Shown here: positions 39,456-48,366 of the stretch, piece by piece
Numbering within the stretch: position 1 is the first letter of the stretch
Layout of the letters: every line of letters begins with the position of its first letter
Source: a virus
Taxonomy: Duplodnaviria > Caudoviricetes
Virus record (IMG/VR): IMGVR_UViG_3300036820_000646
Location: 1 to 52,214 of that record
Strand: one strand, 5' to 3'
DNA length: 52,214 nt
Program-made: the position numbers and the translations under genes
Notes under the pieces: model-generated
The model's input: the letters and a program-made list of their open reading frames with translations, nothing else
What the model was told of the DNA's origin: nothing
Database searches by the model: none

Positions 39456-39913
39456 CGACTTCCTTTCTTTGCTGCGTTGCTTTTCACCATGCGGCGAGTT
39501 CTTGTGTCAGTCGACAAGATGGCCAAATCCCGGACACGACCGGCCCCACTAGGCACGGAACTAGCGACGACGTAACCAAACTGGTGTCGGAGGGGCTCAA
39601 TGGGACGTGAGCAGAGGAGAAAGGTCCCTGAGACCGAGCGCCGCACGTCAACGAAGCGTTGGTAGCGACGAAGTTGCAGCCCTGAACGACTGCGTGACTC
39701 GATGAACCAAAAGGCCAGCGCCTGAATGACGAGAATGCTCATCAATGCGTACGTGCCAAGGAACGTCCACAGAACTACGGTTGCGACGATGCCGGGGATC
39801 AGCGCGAAGCCGGCAATGGTGAGGCCCCGGACCGGTAGGTCGAAGCCTTGAATGACGACGCGGCGATGTTGATTGACCGACCTCGTGAGCGGAGTCAGCG
39901 TGTAAACGTTCAT
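39452..39913 (-). CDS. VirB3/TcpE/PrgI-like membrane protein
   Basis: Two TM segments, basic C-terminus, ATGA coupling. Confidence 0.55.
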   Translation of the reverse strand: MNVYTLTPLTRSVNQHRRVVIQGFDLPVRGLTIAGFALIPGIVATVVLWTFLGTYALMSILVIQALAFWFIESRSRSGLQLRRYQRFVDVRRSVSGTFLLCSRPIEPLRHQFGYVVASSVPSGAGRVRDLAILSTDTRTRRMVKSNAAKKGSR

Positions 39914-40311
39914 TCACTCTCCGCCATTGAAAAGCCACCAACCATGACCAGCGAGTGCCGACGGAGTCGGTACATGGTGTCGGGCTTTACGCCCGTCTCC
40001 TCGTTCACGTCGGCGCTCACTACGTAGCGGATTCCGTTCTCATCCTCGCCCGCGATCACCAACGTGCCGCCAACGCCGGTGCGCGCGACGCCTTCAACGC
40101 CGACGATGGAGATCCCGCCGTCACCAGTGATAGCGATTCCTCGATCGCCCGCGACGGCATGACCTCGGTTTCCCGCGCGGGCGTAGCCGAGTTCGTCGGA
40201 GATGGAGGTGCCTTCATCGCCAGAGATGGACCGTCCGCGCACGCCCGTCACCGAGTGGCGGCCGTCGCTCGACACGGCGAGATGTGTTTGGGGGTGAATA
40301 TTTGAAATCAA
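39910..40311 (-). CDS. Gly-rich 8-residue-repeat protein (start uncertain)
   Basis: ..AGNRGHAVAGDRGIAITGDGGISIVGVEG.. periodicity; C-terminal GVKPDTMY. Confidence 0.6.
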   Translation of the reverse strand: MISNIHPQTHLAVSSDGRHSVTGVRGRSISGDEGTSISDELGYARAGNRGHAVAGDRGIAITGDGGISIVGVEGVARTGVGGTLVIAGEDENGIRYVVSADVNEETGVKPDTMYRLRRHSLVMVGGFSMAESE

Positions 40312-40330
40312 GTCGTTGTTCTCTTCCGGA

Positions 40331-41350
40331 TTAGACGGCACGGCCCTCCACGCGACTAATTGCGACCTTCCACAGATCGGCGGCGTAATCGGGAAAACGA
40401 ATAAGGGTCTCGCAGGTAACGCGACGTTGCGCGTCGTCAAGATCACCGAACGGCGCGAAGAGAGATGAGGTTGTCTCGCCGGTCTTCATGTATTGCTCGG
40501 CGCAGGCCAACGCTCCCCCAGCGTCCATGACGTCAGCTCGAGCTCGAATGGCGGCCCGCTTGCCGATAGGCACATCGAGAGTAAGAGGAGCACCAGAGTG
40601 CTCGGCAATTGCATCCCACGCCAGTGCGCGGGCCTTGACCTGCTGACCGTCAGACTTCAGTTGAGAAGCGCGGTCGCCGAATGATCCTTCCTCAAAGTCG
40701 CTTATGTCAATTTCCGCTGAGCTAGTAGCGGCTTGGAAGGATGCAACCTCAACGTGGTCGATAGGGCGACTACCACCCTCCTTCGCCCTCGTGACGCTCC
40801 AGTCCAACCCGTGCGTCGTAGGTGCTGGGATGTGGAAGTTCTCACTGGGGCGTGAATGGGCAGGGATGGACAAGCGGATCTCGCTGGAGAGGTCCTCGAG
40901 TTCTTTCGCAGACAACGCGCGGGCCAGGCGGGCTTCACGTGAAGCCTTCTCCTGGTCGAACAATCGCATGGCGGCGAAGCGTTTGTGGTCTTTGCCTTCG
41001 AGCGCACGGATGATAGAGCGCTTAGCAATGAGCGAGGTAGGAATGGGGCCGGCCTCGGGCGGACGCGTCGCGTCGGCAACAGCGGCGTTCGCGGCGACAA
41101 GATATGCCAGCACCGCGTCTTGAACTAAGTCGTCTCCGTCCATGTAGCCGTTCAATTGCTTGTTCCCAAGTCCAAAGCGACGGACATAACTGCCGGCGAT
41201 ACGTCGTGTCTCCTCGGCGCCTTCGACGAGGTCGACGGTCGCTTCGGGGTTCTGAGACGGAGCAAACTGCCCACCAACTGGCACTCCGCGCGGCTGACGT
41301 GCTCGCGATCCGGGAGTTGTGGACGTGTGCTGGCGGCTGGAGGACTCCAT
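40331..41350 (-). CDS. GGQFA-tagged sigma-factor-like protein
   Basis: Tag at 41228-41299; RRIAGSYVRRF...DGDDLVQDAVLAYL resembles sigma-70 region 2; EARLARALSAKELED resembles region 3. Confidence 0.55.
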   Translation of the reverse strand: MESSSRQHTSTTPGSRARQPRGVPVGGQFAPSQNPEATVDLVEGAEETRRIAGSYVRRFGLGNKQLNGYMDGDDLVQDAVLAYLVAANAAVADATRPPEAGPIPTSLIAKRSIIRALEGKDHKRFAAMRLFDQEKASREARLARALSAKELEDLSSEIRLSIPAHSRPSENFHIPAPTTHGLDWSVTRAKEGGSRPIDHVEVASFQAATSSAEIDISDFEEGSFGDRASQLKSDGQQVKARALAWDAIAEHSGAPLTLDVPIGKRAAIRARADVMDAGGALACAEQYMKTGETTSSLFAPFGDLDDAQRRVTCETLIRFPDYAADLWKVAISRVEGRAV

Positions 41351-41359
41351 GCACGCTTA

Positions 41360-41386
41360 GATGGGAGTTCACAGAGTGAACGGCCA
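41360..41386 (-). promoter_or_regulatory. Bipartite motif TGGCCG-N11-AACTCCCATC, 9 nt upstream of ATG 41350 (copy 3)
   Basis: Same boxes and spacing as copies at 3578 and 31566. Confidence 0.8.
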
Positions 41387-41397
41387 ATCTTTCGGAA

Positions 41398-43254
41398 TTA
41401 TCTCGAAACGGCAGTCCTTGAAAGGATCTTGATCCGCTCAACCACTAGTTCAGCGAGGATTTTTGACGACAGAACCCGCTCGTTGTATCGCTTGTTGACC
41501 TGTTGGACGATCTCCCAGTCCCCGCCCATGAGAATCTCAAGGACCGAGGACTTCCCAAAAAGGACGTCGGTCATCCGCTCGTCGATCGTGCCCTTCGCGA
41601 TCATCAATTTGCAAAAGACCCATTCCGCCATTTGGCCGATGCGGTCCTGTCGGTCCCCCGCTTGGATCATGTTGGCCGGAGTCCAGTCGATCTCAACGAA
41701 GAGCGACTTGTACGAACGGGTGAGCGTGATGCCGACGCCGGCGGCAATGATCGATCCAATAAGCAACGGCACACGACCGGCTTGGAACTCGTCCTCGATT
41801 AGGGTGCGCTTCTTCGTCGAGACTGTGCCGTCGATGATCTTCGGCTCGAAGCCTTGTGTCTTCGCGGCTTCATTCATGGCTTCAATGACCGAGTGGTGGT
41901 GGGCCCAGACAATCAGTGGCTCGGGCCATGTGCCATCTTCGTTCTGAGGGTGCTGCGCAAAGTGTCGGGCGATGATGCGCGCCGCGGCAGGAACCTTGGC
42001 CAGTCCCGCCGCCTGACGAAGTCGAGACGTGATGTCCCCGCGGCCAAACGACCAATCGCCCACCTCATCGCCATCCGGCGACTCCTTATCGTTCGATGGG
42101 AATCGACCATTCTCCTCTTGAAACTCGATGAGCCATTCGTCTATTGAGGTGTACACCTCGCTGAGACTCTCTTCGTACGCTTCGGTGTTGATGTCGACTG
42201 TCTGAGGCTTCCACTTCTTCTTACTGACCTTGGTTCGACGGACCCATACTTGCTCGTCGAGGATCTCGCGTAACTCATGGAGACGGCTCTTGTTCGGCTT
42301 CCAGCCGTACATCGTCTTGCGCATGAAGCGAGCTCGGTAGTCGGTGAATGATCCAAAGAGGGGTTCGAGTTTGCCCGAGATATCGAGTTGTGCTGCGAGC
42401 TCAAGCGGTGTCGCCATAGCGGCCGTACCGCTCGCCGGTACGGCCTTCGTGCAGTAGCGGCTGAGCCGGCGCAGCACGCGGGCCTGCTTGGACGAGAAGG
42501 TCCTTGAGTTGTGCGACTCGTCGTAGATGAGCAAGGTTGGCTGCCATGACTCAAGCAACAGTTCGAGGTCGTATCGATTCGCCACGAGTGACGAGCTCGT
42601 GATGACGACTCCTGTCTCGGGAAGATCGGGAACCTTGCCCGTGGGCTTAATGATTGCAACCGAACCTCCGACCGCGGCCGGGAGCCCGGATTTCACCGCC
42701 GAGCGGGCCCAGTGCTCCATTACCCCAGGAGGGCACGTCACGAGCGTGCGCCGGGACTGGAGGAGTGCCGCGGTGCACAGCGACGTAGTTGTCTTGCCGA
42801 GACCAGGATCGTCGGCGAGGAAGTTCTTGCCGAGCGCAAGATCCCGCGCGCCTTCGCTCTGCATCTTGTAGGGCTCGGTCGTCACGTTGTAGCCAAACCA
42901 GTCAGGAACTTCGTCGAGCGGGTCGGGCAGCGGCTCGAGCACTGGTGCGGGTTTGGCGAAGTCACTTGGCCGAGCGGGAGTGCCGTCAATGTTCGCCACC
43001 TTGAATCCCGCCTGTCGTAACCATCCGCGCGGAATGTCTGCGACGTCGGGGACGATCCACCTCTTTATCTCTCCGTCCCAGTGACAGCCGGGGAGTTCTT
43101 TCACCCAATCGATCATCGGAACGCCAGTCCTCGGGTGTTTTGATCCGATGGCGAACTTGAGAGCCACACTCACGAAGTCGTCGTCGCCAACGAGCAGAGT
43201 CCCGGTACCGACTTGCGGCACCTCGTCGACAAAGAGGGTGGATTGCTTATCCAT
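41398..43254 (-). CDS. SNF2-family (HARP-like) helicase
   Basis: LADDPGLGKT, IYDESH, SGT, AAGVGITLT, WTPANMIQAGDRQDRIGQ. Confidence 0.92.
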   Translation of the reverse strand: MDKQSTLFVDEVPQVGTGTLLVGDDDFVSVALKFAIGSKHPRTGVPMIDWVKELPGCHWDGEIKRWIVPDVADIPRGWLRQAGFKVANIDGTPARPSDFAKPAPVLEPLPDPLDEVPDWFGYNVTTEPYKMQSEGARDLALGKNFLADDPGLGKTTTSLCTAALLQSRRTLVTCPPGVMEHWARSAVKSGLPAAVGGSVAIIKPTGKVPDLPETGVVITSSSLVANRYDLELLLESWQPTLLIYDESHNSRTFSSKQARVLRRLSRYCTKAVPASGTAAMATPLELAAQLDISGKLEPLFGSFTDYRARFMRKTMYGWKPNKSRLHELREILDEQVWVRRTKVSKKKWKPQTVDINTEAYEESLSEVYTSIDEWLIEFQEENGRFPSNDKESPDGDEVGDWSFGRGDITSRLRQAAGLAKVPAAARIIARHFAQHPQNEDGTWPEPLIVWAHHHSVIEAMNEAAKTQGFEPKIIDGTVSTKKRTLIEDEFQAGRVPLLIGSIIAAGVGITLTRSYKSLFVEIDWTPANMIQAGDRQDRIGQMAEWVFCKLMIAKGTIDERMTDVLFGKSSVLEILMGGDWEIVQQVNKRYNERVLSSKILAELVVERIKILSRTAVSR

Positions 43255-43296
43255 CGCTAGGTTCGTACCCCGATCCCGAAATTCCGGTCCCGGTTG

Positions 43297-46200
43297 CTAC
43301 GACTCGGCGGGAACATTGACGAGAAACTTGGTGAAATCAATGCCCTTCGCGCGCTCCTCGTGTGGTTCTGATTCCGCGGCACGCTCGTGCGCCCAACGGT
43401 TGTCGAGCCACGTCGTGGCCTCTGTGGGATCAGAGATCTTCCGAGCAAAGCGGCGCAGCGATTCCATCAATGTCTCTCGCGTCGGTGCGGGATAGGCGAT
43501 CTTCGAGGACTTGATGAGCCGTGGATCGAGCACTGCACACATACCCGAGTCATTCACCGAACGAATGAGGCGACCCGCGGCCTGTTCGAGCAAGAGGCTT
43601 GCGTCCGCGACATAAACCAACCGGTCCGCAGCCCAACGGTCGAGCTCGAGGCGCTCCTGGACCCAAGTCACCCGCGCATCATCAACGGGATTCCCTGCCG
43701 ACCTCGGGATTCGGTCAATGACCACAAGTGAGCAGGTGGCTCCCGGAGCATCCACACCCGTCATCAGACTTCGCGTGCCGACGAGTACTGAACCCACGTC
43801 GGCGCGCCACATGGTGACTATCTGCTTGGTCGTGCCCGCGTCCCACTGCGAATGGACGGTGATCTCCGGATGTGCGAGACGTAATGCATCCGCGTAGCGC
43901 TTACCAGCCGCTGTTGTTGCCGAGAGCACCAGTGCGGACCCGCCATTGGCGGACACTAGGTCTACGATCATCGTCGTCGCCCAGTCCACATGACGAGACG
44001 TATCAAAGCGACGCCGTCCTTTATCGGTGACGCACACTTTGTCGAGATCATCCCCCACCAACTTCGGGATGAATAGCGCGGAGTTCGCGAATGCCACCTC
44101 GAACGGGCTGGCGTACTTCTTCAGCCGGGCACTAACACCGAGTTCGATCACCATTGGCTGAGGGAGAGTCGCGGAAACGACAACAACTGAGAGCGGCATC
44201 ACCTCACCGGCCTCATCCTTCATGGCGCCATACAGGTTGGCTCGCAACAGCGGGGCCACATCGACGGGAGAAAGCCGTAACGCTGCGCCCGTGATTCCTT
44301 CGAGTCCGGTGATCGGGCGAAACGAACGACCCTCGAGTTCGATCCAGCGGGCGACATTGTGAGCGTCTCTGGCCATCGAGGAGATCGCTTCGCGAAGGAC
44401 CACAGCCTTTGACTGAGCCCGACGACGAGAACGAATCTCTCCGATGACGACCGACGCTTCCGGTTTAGGAATGAGACTCCGCGCTCCTTCGAGCCACACC
44501 AAGAGGTCTTCAGAGAGCTGACTTTCCAGAGCCTCGTCTTCTGGCTTAAGCGTCAACTCCTCTTTGCCGTTCAATCTCCTTGAGAGGTATGTATCGAGGC
44601 GTCGCATAACGTCGAGGCCGCTGGTGCGTAAGAACCGGGTCTTGCCAGGATTTCCTGAGTGAAGGTGTTCGATCGAACGCAGGAGATCAAAGAGGCGACT
44701 CGCATTGACCGATGTGCTGCCTTGTGAGCGCACCGTGTTCGCCAGGCCGTGTGATTCGTCGATTACTAGGTTGGCGAAAGTACCGAGTCTCTTGTTGCCG
44801 ATGACCACGGCGGCGCCCATCGCCGTCTGAATTGCGAGCAATGCATGGTTGGTTACAACGATGTCAGAGGTCGCCGCGGTCTCGCGTGCGATCGAGGGAA
44901 GACACACTGCGCCAAAGGGACAGTGGTCTGCTCCCGGACATTCATCGGTAGTGATCGAGATCTTGTTCCATTGCTCGTCAGTTGTGCCGATTGGGAAGTC
45001 AGATCGGTCTCCCGACTCGCCAAAGAGGTGAGTGTTGATGGCGGCAACCACTACGTCTCCCCCGGTCAAGTACGCGTCCTTCTGGATCAGTGTCTTGACT
45101 TCGTCGAGCGCTTCAAGTGGGTCGCCGCTTGGCACCTGCTGTGGCCGAATGAGTAGCTCGTTCGCTTGGTGATACGTCTCGGCGGCGCAGACGTAGTTGG
45201 ACCAGCCTTTGAGCAGTGAGAACGTTGGCCGAACTCCCTTGACGCGTTCGATGGCTTCGACCACGACCGGAAGGTCCTTCTCTACGAGTTGACTTTGCAG
45301 GTTGAGTGACTCAGTCGCGATGACCGTCCGAGCCTTGCGGTCGGCCGCCATGAGGGCCGCGGGTATCGCATAGGCGAGCGAGTTGTGTGTCGGGATCATC
45401 GCTTTCCCCGCGAGATAGAGATGATTCGGCGACGAGACTTGGATGCAACGAACGGGACGGGTCTCTACTGGTCGGATATCGGTGACGTACCGGAAACTGG
45501 TGTTTGCTCCTGACGAAGGCTTTCCCTTCATTTGCATTGCCAGTTTCCGTTCGAAGCGGAACATTGGTTCGTTGGTGGAAAACGACATCCTCCAGCGAGT
45601 TCCGACCACGCGCATATTGCGGACGCCTTCCACCATTTCTGTTATTGTCGCTGGGCCTGTCCGGATGGTTGCTCGGATACCGAGCGATGAAATCAGCTCA
45701 TAAACGTCTTTCGCCAGCTTCTCGTTGCAAAGGTCGATGGCACACTTGCGACCGTTGGCGGTGCCGTCAGTGTCCATGATTCCTTGCAACAGCGCACGTC
45801 GCTGCTCGATGGAGGCTCGCAGGTAAAGGTTCGGAATGTACTTGTCGCCGAGAACACCCAATCGCCGCAGATGGAGAGCGAGCGGCTCGTTCCATCGGTT
45901 CACTCTGGAGCGGTCTTCCTTGGAGGGCCTCGTCTTCACGCACGTAACGCACGTTCGGTTTGCGCGCTCTCCCATGTTGGGAACGAAGTCATCGTGGCCG
46001 TAGGGGCAGAGATCTGGCCGCGGTTGGCGAAATGAAAGCATCCGCGAATCGTTCTTACGGACCGCAACGTCGATGTGATAACCAGTTCCACTTACGTTGT
46101 TCATCAACTCAGCGAAGTCCTCGGCACCCGACGTGACACTGCCGGCGCCAGATGAGCCATCACCGAGCCAGACGCCGAAGAGATACGGATCGATAGGGAG

Positions 46201-47010
46201 ATCCGCGATCTTGGTGTCGAGAGGTCCAGCGACGCGAATCGCGTGATTAAGAGCGTCTTTAACCGTGAGCGACGAACGCATTTGCGCAGTCGTCATCACC
46301 TCAAAGCCGGCTGGAGGCTTTTGCAGTAGAGAGCATCGACTTTCCGTCGCCGTGATGACCTCGTCTAAAGCGAGACGGACATCGAACAGCTCCCCATTTC
46401 CGAGTACACGGGGGTCGAGAGCCCTTCGCGCACGCAGTAGTGCATCTTGGACCTCGGGGTAGCGGTCTATGACCTCTTGGCGAGAAAACAGATAGCCGGA
46501 GTCCTCAATGCTCTTGCGAATCCTTTTCAGTTCGTTGACCTGATCTAGCCGACCGATTGAGTTGTATCGGTCACCTGCCTCAACCCTTCGGCGTTCAGCT
46601 TGCTTGAAACGAAGCGCACGCGTTGCAGTCGCCCACTGGTGGTCAGCATCCGCGACGATCGTGTTGCCGTCCGAGAAGGCGACTTCATAGCAAACTCGGT
46701 CGGTCATCACGTTGCTGATCCACGTCACCGTTGTCTCTGCGCCCGTCTCGTCGAAAACGACATCTCCAACCTTGATTTCGCCCATCGTCGTCCACCCTGA
46801 CGGCGTGGCGATCGGAGTGCTGAGGTCTAATGCCTTACCAACTCCTGTTGGAGCTTCGCCGGCTGCTTGGCCGCCAGACATGAACGCCTCGAGAACGTCG
46901 TGAGCCAGTTTCACCTGACCTGGACGTGGTTCGGCTTCGTCGACACCGGTCGTCAGGACCACGGCGCGCGCCAGAGCATTCTCAAGAGATTCGTGAAGCA
47001 GTTCTTCCAC
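43297..47010 (-). CDS. DinG/YoaA-like helicase with intein
   Basis: EAPTGVGK/SLAY, LQSQLVEKDLP, KGWSNYVC, VVTNHALL, VIDESH, SATL, QAAGRLIRS, VLDPRL. Confidence 0.93.
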   Translation of the reverse strand: MEELLHESLENALARAVVLTTGVDEAEPRPGQVKLAHDVLEAFMSGGQAAGEAPTGVGKALDLSTPIATPSGWTTMGEIKVGDVVFDETGAETTVTWISNVMTDRVCYEVAFSDGNTIVADADHQWATATRALRFKQAERRRVEAGDRYNSIGRLDQVNELKRIRKSIEDSGYLFSRQEVIDRYPEVQDALLRARRALDPRVLGNGELFDVRLALDEVITATESRCSLLQKPPAGFEVMTTAQMRSSLTVKDALNHAIRVAGPLDTKIADLPIDPYLFGVWLGDGSSGAGSVTSGAEDFAELMNNVSGTGYHIDVAVRKNDSRMLSFRQPRPDLCPYGHDDFVPNMGERANRTCVTCVKTRPSKEDRSRVNRWNEPLALHLRRLGVLGDKYIPNLYLRASIEQRRALLQGIMDTDGTANGRKCAIDLCNEKLAKDVYELISSLGIRATIRTGPATITEMVEGVRNMRVVGTRWRMSFSTNEPMFRFERKLAMQMKGKPSSGANTSFRYVTDIRPVETRPVRCIQVSSPNHLYLAGKAMIPTHNSLAYAIPAALMAADRKARTVIATESLNLQSQLVEKDLPVVVEAIERVKGVRPTFSLLKGWSNYVCAAETYHQANELLIRPQQVPSGDPLEALDEVKTLIQKDAYLTGGDVVVAAINTHLFGESGDRSDFPIGTTDEQWNKISITTDECPGADHCPFGAVCLPSIARETAATSDIVVTNHALLAIQTAMGAAVVIGNKRLGTFANLVIDESHGLANTVRSQGSTSVNASRLFDLLRSIEHLHSGNPGKTRFLRTSGLDVMRRLDTYLSRRLNGKEELTLKPEDEALESQLSEDLLVWLEGARSLIPKPEASVVIGEIRSRRRAQSKAVVLREAISSMARDAHNVARWIELEGRSFRPITGLEGITGAALRLSPVDVAPLLRANLYGAMKDEAGEVMPLSVVVVSATLPQPMVIELGVSARLKKYASPFEVAFANSALFIPKLVGDDLDKVCVTDKGRRRFDTSRHVDWATTMIVDLVSANGGSALVLSATTAAGKRYADALRLAHPEITVHSQWDAGTTKQIVTMWRADVGSVLVGTRSLMTGVDAPGATCSLVVIDRIPRSAGNPVDDARVTWVQERLELDRWAADRLVYVADASLLLEQAAGRLIRSVNDSGMCAVLDPRLIKSSKIAYPAPTRETLMESLRRFARKISDPTEATTWLDNRWAHERAAESEPHEERAKGIDFTKFLVNVPAES
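45382..46833 (-). mobile_element. Class 3-type intein (484 aa) with LAGLIDADG endonuclease inside Walker A of DinG helicase
   Basis: Starts with Ala (ALDLSTPIATPSGW); DHQW, RCIQV, PTHN|S give the W-C-T triad; GVWLGDG and GIMDTDG motifs. Confidence 0.92.
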
Positions 47011-47046
47011 GCTTTTCCTATGGTTCGGACTGGCAATCAGTCCCGA

Positions 47047-47874
47047 CTATCGGAGGCTCGTGACCTTTTGGGTTGGCAGTCGAAGGTGGGTCGGATTGTG
47101 GATATGGAGCCAGGAGAAGAGGTTGATGTGCTTCAGATTTGCCGACATGACGGGAGCTATGTGGTGACTTCCCGGCACCACGATCAACTTGAGGGCCATC
47201 CAGATCAACAAGATTCCCATCACTCCCCCGATAAGTGACTCTCGCGCCGAGCCTGTGTGGCCAACGATCGGAACTGCAATGCGGACTCGCTGCAACGGTT
47301 GAATTCCCGGCAGCCACAACCAAGGGACTCCCTCGACCGTCAGTGAGTCGCCGATCATGTGCCAGATGCACCCCCCGGCAGTCGCGAGCATCAGCCACCC
47401 GAGTGACGGTGTGCCCGCACCAATGACGTGAGTGTCGAGATGGCGAGCCCATTCGCCAGAACCGAACGCGAGCGCCAGCGTCGCGAGACCAACAAGTGGA
47501 GCGAATCTCAGCATCATCGGCAGAAGCATCCGAAAGACCAGAAGAAAACTTGCGGCGACCAGAATTGCCACGGCCAGTGGATTGAGAAATACGAGTCGAG
47601 TGAGGAGCAACATAACAGCTACAAAGAACAGACTGTGCGTCGCCTGACGGTGACCGCCCGCGAGCGATCTCGTCATCTCGGAGAAACTACGACTGATGGG
47701 CCCGAGCTTGCGAGAGACCGTGCTGCCAGGTTCGTCGATGTCGGGAAGTAATGCGAAAGCCGCGCTCGTGACGGTTCCGACGCCGAGCACCTGCCACGTT
47801 GGATCGTGCAGCACAATTGGCGCGACGATCAGAAACCCGAGTCCTCCCATGAGTGCGTGATCGCGGCCGAGCAT
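47047..47874 (-). CDS. Membrane-bound metal-dependent hydrolase (YdjM-like)
   Basis: MLGRDH, LLPDIDEP, GHRQATHS, HMIGDSLTVEGVP. Confidence 0.88.
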   Translation of the reverse strand: MLGRDHALMGGLGFLIVAPIVLHDPTWQVLGVGTVTSAAFALLPDIDEPGSTVSRKLGPISRSFSEMTRSLAGGHRQATHSLFFVAVMLLLTRLVFLNPLAVAILVAASFLLVFRMLLPMMLRFAPLVGLATLALAFGSGEWARHLDTHVIGAGTPSLGWLMLATAGGCIWHMIGDSLTVEGVPWLWLPGIQPLQRVRIAVPIVGHTGSARESLIGGVMGILLIWMALKLIVVPGSHHIAPVMSANLKHINLFSWLHIHNPTHLRLPTQKVTSLR

Positions 47875-47881
47875 GACAGAG

Positions 47882-47893
47882 ACCATGCGGCGA
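47882..47893 (-). promoter_or_regulatory. TCGCCGCATGGT motif 7 nt upstream of ATG 47874
   Basis: Recurrent 12-mer. Confidence 0.6.
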
Positions 47894-48366
47894 ATGGGTG
47901 CGGTCGACTCAGTGTGGGTTCATGTCGGCGACCCGTCGGCTCACGTTGAAGACCCGACCTCCAGAATTCTCGACTAGCGCGTTCGACCCTGTCTTTGTGC
48001 GGGAGTTCAAACAGTAGGATGGGCCTGGATGCGAGAACCTGAAACGGCGCTCTTTGCAATTGCCTTCCTGAGCGAGTTAACGGCGGCAACGCTCGTTATG
48101 TTCGAGATTCGTGAAAACCGTAAACTCCGGTTCAAAATGCTCAGCCAGCCAGCTCCCCTGTCCGCTGTGCTGGACCAGATTGCGGGGGTCCAATCACACA
48201 GAACGACACACTAAAAGCAACCGCGAAGGTCTATAAGGACGGAGTACGCGCGCGAAGTGGTGAAATCTTCGTTTCGACAACGGGCCCCACCAAGAGGTTC
48301 CTCTGTGAGATCGACACATTTCCATACTCGCGCGACACCTGCCAGACACAGCTCCCGAAAGCTGGG

